From Chrysomallon squamiferum (taxonomy: Eukaryota; Animalia; Mollusca), in the NCBI GenBank assembly GCA_012295275.1, contig CM022671.1, forward strand, positions 30,008,001-30,072,000: a stretch of 64,000 nt of DNA, given 5' to 3'. Under the pieces are notes generated by a model. It did not search any database. It saw only the letters and a list, made by a program, of their open reading frames with translations, and was not told the origin of the DNA. The position numbers and the translations under genes were made by a program. Shown in pieces: positions 55,186-64,000 of the stretch (position 1 is its first letter; each line of letters begins with the position of its first letter).

Positions 55186-56660
55186 ATTAGAATTAGTCAA
55201 ACAACAGCAATTGTAGTAATATATAGATTTAAACATTTTGATGACATTAGCTTTAAGAATGAAAAATAATGCATTGATAGTTGTTGCCTTATTATTATTA
55301 ATAATTCCTGTAATAATAAATGTCACGGATTGATATGAAAATGGTGGTCGTATTAATACCGTGAATAAATAATACAGCAAAACTGGACAAAATAAAATTT
55401 CCTTTTTAGTCAAAGTTTGAGAATTTCGTAAATACACCTACAATTTGTTTTCGTTATGTTATAATTACATGCATCAGTTTATTGTAGAAATAACATTTTA
55501 ATAATAATAAGGATGATGATGATGATGCTAATGCTAATGATGATGATGATCCATTTTCTATATATCTAGTAACTTAAGGGAGATAATCCTGGAAACTATT
55601 ATGGGCAATCAGAATATAGAGTTACCTCCCATACAACAGGATCTTCATAGGATTACAATGGCGCACTCCATCTATCTTCAACCATTTTATTATTGTTATT
55701 ATTACTATAAATATGTATAAAATCGATAATTAAATATGTTCACTGATTAAAATAAGAGTACAGATATAGTCATATGTTTTATTAAGCATATTAAATAAAA
55801 ACCTGAGAAGTATATATGTGTGCATTATATACTGTATTGTCTGTGCCTGTGTTGCTAGATTTTAAACAAAGAAATGAAATCACGAGGACAGTGTTCATTA
55901 ATTTAAATTTATGAAGGTAACAATATGCGTTCTACCAAAGCGCCATAATATCAGTATACGCAGTATTTAAAAACCACGACTGCAAAGTAATATTTTATTG
56001 CGAAAAACCTCCAGTAATTTCCATTACAGCCAAAACCACGCTTGTAATGTACAAAACATTGTATTAAATAAAATACAGTATTCTTATGCATGTGTGTATT
56101 ACGTGTATACTTAAACAAGATATTTTTCTTTTGCACAAAATATTTACATCCCAAAGCACTTCAGGGATGTAATAATGAATGAATGGATGATTCTGTTGAT
56201 GTCCATTTGACGTGTAAAAAACCCACTATCTTTATATGCGACATTTCTAACATTAAAAGATCGTCTCATATGTCGACATTTAGAGTAAATGGTTCATGTG
56301 CATTTTCTCTAAATATTGACATTAGTTGTATAGCTTAGTTTGTTAATACGTGTATAGCTATATAAATATATAAAACCCGAACACATAAACATAAATACAT
56401 ATATAAAATATAAACATATACGTAGGTACACACAAAAGATCATACATACAGACAGACACAAATACATATACACTGATAAACATGTATATAGATACATACA
56501 TACATGCATTACATAAACTCAAGAATAGTCTTATACATTTATTTTTTCATTCATATATATATATTGAAACAAGGAAAGAAATATATATATGTTGTGTGTA
56601 TGTGTGTGTGTGCATGTCTATATATATATATATATGTATGTATATATATATATACATACA

Positions 56661-56701
<41 letters not shown>

Positions 56702-57181
56702 GAGATAAACAGTTTGAAAGTGATAACGGACGACAGTATTCTAATGAACAATCCGACACTCGACAATACGTTAAACATGTATGTTAAACAAGTGAAAAAA
56801 ACAACAAAAATGACAAATAAAAAACAAAACAAAAAAGACAAGAGAAAAAGATAGAAGTAAAAAAATATTTTAAAAATGTACATATGTTTAAAGTTATCCC
56901 GTTCGCGTCGTGGTGCAGCATACCGAGATATTGAAATAAAAGGTTCGTGCGCCAAGAAATGTCGTCGTAAATTTCCTCTTGTTAATTTAATGTCTATTTA
57001 CTTGAATGGCGGCGAGCGTTAAACGCAGATCCTTTTGAGAGTCACTTTGCGGCACTTGACTCGAGAGTTGTGTTGTATTCAGGCGGCTGTTGGGTTGAAA
57101 TACAACTCGGAAACCTTTCGTTAACGATTACCTAACATTTGTAGACACTGGTTACATTCTTTGTTAATTTCTACAAGGTTT

Positions 57182-57213
<32 letters not shown>

Positions 57214-57299
57214 TTTGGAGGATTAACTTTATTTGAAATTCTATTAGATTTTTCTCATTTTAATCGCAGGCTATGTTAATAAATCAAATGTTGTACTGC

Positions 57300-57330
<31 letters not shown>

Positions 57331-57559
57331 ATTGTGAACATTGCTAACTGAATAAAAAATAAATTTAAAAAAAAAAAAAAAAAAAAAAAGAAACAATGAA
57401 AGTAACGAGAAATAAAACAAAAATTAACTAGTTAGTCAAATGAAAGAAAAAACAAAAGAAGAACGAAATAAAAATGGATATTAAAATTAAGAAAGAAACA
57501 AAGAAACGAATAAACAAACATAAAGGAAAAAAAAAAAAAAAAAAAACCAACAACAAAAG

Positions 57560-57595
<36 letters not shown>

Positions 57596-59214
57596 CAGAA
57601 AATTATCGACGCTCATAAAAACGTCAATCGCAACATGGTCTTTATAAAAAGGTCGAAAATGCGACATGTAAACGGATAGGCGAAGGCGCATATCGCAAAT
57701 TTCTTGCTGTAAATGAATTATGATATGACGTAGAGAAAACAGGCAGGCGAGTTTAAAATAATAGATTAATAATAACCACCGAACAAAACACGCGGGAATT
57801 TAAGCGGATGTCGTCTGCTCATCTTACAGTGGCGAGCTCATCACCAAGCACCGATGATTGAGCAGAATAATTTCCAAGTGTACCTGCTATCTGACTTCGC
57901 CCCCTGCAGTTGTGTGTCAGAAAATTCAGGACGGGCAAAGTATACGGTCTTTTTTTTTTTCGTCTGTCGTATACTGCGAACATTAAATGGCGGACAGTTT
58001 TCTCACTTCGCGATTTGCTGTTGAAGTATCGTCATTTTGAGTAGTGCTTCTCGAAAAAAAGAAAAAATGAAACCTCAGCATTCGTTTCACTTCGTCTGAT
58101 GTGTCAAAAAAAAAAAAAAACAACCATAAAGAAATATTTTTCTTTTCGTAATTTCTGTGAATGAGAGGAGGAAACAAATGTTTCTTTGTGAAAACGATTG
58201 TGATTGGACGATTTCGTACGGATGTCTAATGATTGCAATTAATTATCTTTCATTGGAGGCGTTTAAACAGCTCCACCTTCCGCGTAATGGAGGCTTCCGT
58301 GAACATAAAACTGAATACTTAGCATAAAAGCTGTCTTTGAAACTGCCTCGAGTTATTCTGATGAAGTCGTCTGACTTCGAGTGTTTCTGGAACATTCTCA
58401 GTTGATAATTATTCATTTCTGTATGCATCAACTGTTAGAAATTTCTTTAAAAATTAATAGACATACTGAACTGACTCATTTTAGAGACTGCTTATTCGCG
58501 GATGCGTATCCACTGTAATACCATTGTTTTTAATCCAGTTACAGTTTCTTCGATTTCAAAGTGACAGGGGAAAAAAAAAAAAATTAACAAAATTTTGACA
58601 TCGTCCGTTATCATATACAACATTTCTGCTGACAATCGTATCATTCTGTGCTTACGAGATACCGTAGCCGATAAAATAAATTTCCGTATCACATCGCTAG
58701 AAAATCGTATGATTTAATGTTCAGACCATCTCGTGTTTCTGAGAGAAAGTTTATCTTGAGAATATCGAGCCATTATGTCACAGACAAGGATTTAGCACTT
58801 GGCAGTAACGAAGTCTTTGGCAAAGAGAATTCAACGAAATGAAACTTCAAGCCGGGATGTGTACATAATTCCAAACAGAAAGATTACAGAGAAAAAGGAA
58901 TTCTGAGAATACTATCTAGTGCTAATAATTCTTCAGTGTAATATTTTTTTCTTGCTTAGGATTAAGGATCTGAGGCCATGGTGTGTTTCGATTAAACGAG
59001 TAACGTCAAGAACGGGAGAAACAATATAATGCTGATTTATTTCGCACTTAGTTTTTGCAATTTCGTTTAAATTATCTTTGCACGGATTGTCGAATTCTTC
59101 TTCCGCGGTAACTAATTAAATTATTTTCAGAATGTGCTGCAAAATCATTTACAGAAAAGGAATTTGAAACTGATTTTTCATATTCTTGTCTGCTAAATTG
59201 AAAGAGAATGCTCA

Positions 59215-60435
59215 AGAAAAAAAACTAGCAACAGGTTTTACCGGGATGAAATTCTCTACGGGAACGGATTTTTCTTGTTCTTTTTCTTCTTATTTTCTTA
59301 TTTTCTTTTTTTTTTTTTGTTGATATAGTTGTTGCGAATTACTTCCAGATCAAAGCAATCGTTTGTTTTACATGAACTCTTTTCACACCTATTAACTTTA
59401 ACTTTAAATTAATTTCCATGTCTTTTAAATGGATGAAGATTTATTCTACGAATGAACTACAAATTTGCTCTGCCGGAAAAAAGTTTATCTTTAACAATTT
59501 ATGCTATCGGGAAGGAATCAAGACATTATGTTCTTATTAGCAAAGAAAGGGAACGAATCATCTTTCTGTTACGCAATAAAAATATTTACAGGAGAAAATT
59601 AATTATCTCACTTAACTAATTATGCCGGGAAGGAATATAACGCTAACGTTTATTTTGTAAAAGATAAAAGAGTATATCAAAAACTTACAACCAGAGCTTT
59701 TAAACAGACAACTGTCTGTTAACTGACATATAAATTCATTTTGTCGGAATGTAATAACGCACCGATGTCTTGCTAGAAACAAAATCTATTGCATTGTCTA
59801 TATCAACCTATTAAACTACTTTAAGGGAAAAATGTGTCCACTGACTCAAACAGTAATTAGTTCTGCTGGTGGGTATAATGTTACATTCTGTTACAAACGA
59901 CGTGGTTACGTATTTTGTATACCGTCCGGATCAGACGTCTTCTGATACACAAAGAACGATCAAGTCACTGAAAGGGTTTTTAAACTGAAAGCTATAATTT
60001 TCACAGATCTATGTTAAATACATGAAGTTATTGAATGTCCTGATTTTCCGGATCATATTTCTATCTTTCACTAGAGAACAATCAATCCAATGATCTGACT
60101 ACAAATACGTTTTGCAGCAGATGTAATTTTGCCTTCATATCTTTCTGTAAATGATATAATTACTAAATATATGAATTTACGGGATCATAATTCTACAGAG
60201 AACGATCGATCCACTGGTCAAACTTGAAATTCGTTTTTGCTGGAAGATATAATTAAGCAGTGACATATTTTTTTTCAAACGATATGGTTACCGAATGTTT
60301 TGATTTTTCCGGATCATACTTCTGCTGTTAACTAGACAACAATTAATCCTTTGGTCAAATAAGATATATTCGTTTTTGCCGGAAGGTATAATATTGCACT
60401 GATGTTTTTCGGTAAATGATGTGGTTGCACAATGT
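59215..60435. repeat. Decayed ~125-135 bp tandem array, about 8 copies
   Basis: CCGGATCA(T/G)A-like motifs occur at 59926, 60048, 60180 and 60309. TTTGCYGGAAG-like motifs occur at ~59470, 59623, 59741, 59864, 60111, 60236 and 60376. GAACRATCRATCCA follows each CCGGATC. Confidence 0.75.
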
Positions 60436-61238
60436 GTACATTGTCTCACTCGTTCTTCTGCTGGACACTGGAACTGGAAGATTAAGCGGATCCAGGTAAG
60501 AATCCATTCTCTGACCTTTGGCATTGTTATAAATCAGAGGTGTGCTTCAAATGATCTTGTTATTAAGTAGTTTTCATATAACGCTATATGTTGCGAGTTC
60601 GACAGCGGTTTAATGTTAGAACCTAATGTTTGACGTTGTTCCGTAACATTAATCGTTATTCTCTGACTTTTGACATTACTTGAAGTCAAATTATAAAAAA
60701 TTTAAAATTTTAAAATTTAAACACAAAACCTATTTAGGGACTGCGGTGATCTATAAAGTGTACTTTTCTTAAGCTTTGGTCTAAAATTGCGTCTTCTTTT
60801 TTAACTAACAGTTTAACATACTAACTTTGCTAAGACCATCTGAGTAAACCTGTTTTACCAAGTTTGAAAATCGCTGTCTCTGACAAGAATGTTGAACTTG
60901 TACGTACAAATGTGAATGTAAGAAATGATGATGAAACAATGAATGAACGAAATGAATGAATGAATGAATGAATAATTATTTATTTGTTGAACTACTCATC
61001 GAAAGTTTTAATATTAAATGACATACGTGGGCACTGCATGATATAAATAAAGCTTTATTGTTAATACAAAGTATTGTTAGCAATAGCTTGGGGATGAAGA
61101 CCTTCAGATACTAAAATATGTTTCTTTCAAATGTTTGCTTCCTTAAGTAGCAGTTGTTTTTGTATTCAGAATTCTTGTTTAAACATAACAAAATAATAAT
61201 AATAAAAATCAGAATATTAGGAGAAATAAAATACAATA

Positions 61239-61472
61239 GAAATATTGGACCACCTAACAGCTAAAGATGTAATTTAGTAATTGCAAATAACGGGAGGGTA
61301 AACTGCTAGAATCATAATACAAATAACAGTAAATAACGGACCAGCTAACAGTTAAAAACATAATATAAATAACTGTAAATAACGGACCGGCTAACAGTTA
61401 AAAACATAATACAAATAACTGTAAATAACGGACCAGCTAACAGTTAAAAACATAATACAAATAACTGTAAAC
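61239..61472. repeat. 46-bp minisatellite, 5 copies
   Basis: aaataacggaccagctaacagttaaaaacataatacaaataactgt is nearly perfect at 61331, 61377 and 61423, and diverged at 61239 and 61285. Confidence 0.93.
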
Positions 61473-62110
61473 AACTTCACAAAATGTTACATTACTTTTC
61501 CTCTCGTGATTTAGCAAGGCCACGCATCGCACGGCACAGCGCATTACAAGAAAAACAAGTCCATTCACGAATTCCTCAAGATCTTTCTCTTGCATAGACT
61601 GTCACTGTAGCCCAGTATTAGAGCGCTGGCGCGAGTGGCGATGGCATATACCGTTAATTTACCGTTCCAACTACTATGCGAAAAGTGATTATCACATACT
61701 GAGTCATCTGGGTTTTTTTTTTTTTGACTCTGAGAAGAAGCGTGTAATAAATTATTTGCTAATAACTGGTGGTTTTCTGTGAAGTATGTGCTAGTATTAA
61801 ATGTGTCTCATACCCAGTTGCAGATGGCAGAAAAGTTAATGAGAATACTCTTGTTAAACAATACGTATTTTATGTACATTAATTATTATTGTACGATGTA
61901 TTAATAACATAAAATACAGAAACTCTGTCACGAAATAGAAGCAAGCCTTTCTAATAATTAGTATATTTGTTTATTTCTTATTTTCCTTTTGCTTTTTTTT
62001 TTTGCTTTTTTTTTGTTTCATATATATATATATATATATATATGGATAGACGCTTGTAAATATGCTTTTTTTTTTAATTTACTTACGTATTTAATTAATT
62101 AATCAATAAT

Positions 62111-62145
<35 letters not shown>

Positions 62146-62483
62146 TTTGCTTGTCTCTTGATAATATATTTTCGTACGTATTAGTTTATTTTTTGTCTTA
62201 AACTGTTCCATCAAATTATCTGAAAGAAATTTATAACAGGCTTTAGAGAAAAAAGAAATAGAGATGGAATAAATGAAAGACAGACTGATAGATTTTTTAA
62301 AAATTTAAATAATTTATTTCTAATATTATTCTCCGGTTGTAGAAGATAGATCTAAATGTCATCTGTCATTTTTGTCGAACTCAGAATTACCTATTGCGTT
62401 TAGATCATTTAAACAGATATGCTGAATTTAAAAAAAATTAATAAAAAATAAATAAATACATAACACATATGTTCAGTTTAAAA

Positions 62484-62522
<39 letters not shown>

Positions 62523-63496
62523 AATGAAAAATAAAAAATAAAAAATACAAGTTTATTAGAGAAAATAAAATAGTGAAATAAATAAAAGACTTTTTAAAAA
62601 TAATAACTTAAAAAAAAAATTGAAAAAATCTGCAACATTAAAGTCCCGTAAAAACTGAAAAGAATGTAAAACAACACAGAACAGAACAAAAAAAAAAAAA
62701 TAAATAAATAAATAAAAATTAAAAAATACTGAAAAAGAAAAAGTAGAAATGAAACCAATCCCAAAACTTGCAAATTTTATCACTTCTTGTAAGGAGATCC
62801 TGATTTAACACCGGGGTGAACACCGTCGCTTTGGTGAAAATGACACAAGGGGAACATGTCGATGTAGACGAAAAAAAAAAATATATATATTATCATTTTT
62901 ATGCGTTGTTCCAGAAATAATAACTGTAGAAGAACGTCGTAGCTAAAGGTGTGTTTGTTTCTGTAAACATCACATTAGCTGTAAAGTAAACATAAAGTTC
63001 AGTTACGTTGGTAGAATGGTTTTTCTTCTTTAATAAAGATGTATGTTAATTTTTAAATAAATAAATAAATAAATATGCCTCTTAGCTAAAGTACTTTTCT
63101 ATGTAAAACGCAATCACTTCCACAGTGTCTATAACAAAGAAGGGTGTATGCGGTCGACCCCTCCCTGGGACCCGCCCCTGAACAGAAGTTGATTGCTTTA
63201 TACAGTGATATAGCTACATTATAGTTAACAGGAAAAATATCAGATTCCTGACATTTATGTATTTACGTTCTAAACTGCGACAGTGTGAAGTGACACAAAG
63301 AGAGTAATGCTCACTGAAATTAAAGAAGCCAATTTTTTTTTTTTAATGGAGTAATACTGTCATACTGCAATTTTTAATTACCTGTCACTTTATTTTATTT
63401 ATTTTATTTATTTATTTATTTATTTATTTATCACTTTAATTTTGTTTTAGTGTTTATTTCTTTTAATTTTATTTATATTAGTTTACTGCTACTACA

Positions 63497-63542
<46 letters not shown>

Positions 63543-63658
63543 TTATTACTACTACTACTACCACCACAACTATTACTACTCCAACAACAACAACAACAAC
63601 AACTACTACTACTACTTATTATTATTATTATTATTTATCATTATTACATTCTTTTTCC

Positions 63659-63693
<35 letters not shown>

Positions 63694-64000
63694 TTCTGAA
63701 ACGACGCTGTAGAAAACATCAACAAAACGTCCACATCAATAAAGATAAATATTAATTAACAAATTAGATGAAATAAACAATGTAAATTAGAGCGCTGGTC
63801 TAAGAAGGTCTGTTTCACGTTCACATTCTTATAAAAGATAACTTGTTGCAGTCGATTTGCATAATAATGGTTGAGCTTGGGAAAAAGAAAAACAGAGTAA
63901 AGAAAGGGAGAGAAAAGTGAGCGAGGGAAAGAAAGAAAGAAAGAGAAAAGAAAGAAAGAAAATTAGAGTAAAGAAAAGGAGAGAAAAAGAGAGATGAAAA

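Noticed and set aside
54909-55437. Poly-Ser/Thr/Leu ORFs resembling mucin-like proteins
   Set aside because: These are translations of the (AGT)n tract. The same applies to the many RE-, SL-, CV-, HT- and poly-N/I/L ORFs throughout the window.

Overview
This is AT-rich, microsatellite-dense animal genomic DNA. It looks invertebrate and plausibly molluscan, but that is an inference from repeat style only. The only protein-coding content I can support is the 3' half of a Wnt5 gene on the + strand. A 293-bp penultimate coding exon (5957-6249) is joined across a 37,061-bp GT-AG intron to the terminal coding exon (43311-43772). The 5' exons were not found and presumably lie upstream of the window. 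A long 3' UTR probably extends to about 49.6 kb. The remainder consists of intron and intergenic sequence: simple repeats, decayed copies of a tRNA-headed SINE, several minisatellites of different ages, and many short CpG-rich, repeat-free islands that look like cis-regulatory modules. Nearly all other ORFs in the track are microsatellite artefacts. I found no convincing new biological system. The best leads are a cryptic ~100-bp periodic array in the putative 3' UTR, loss of the C-terminal N-glycosylation sequons in this Wnt5, and motif-clustered intronic islands.
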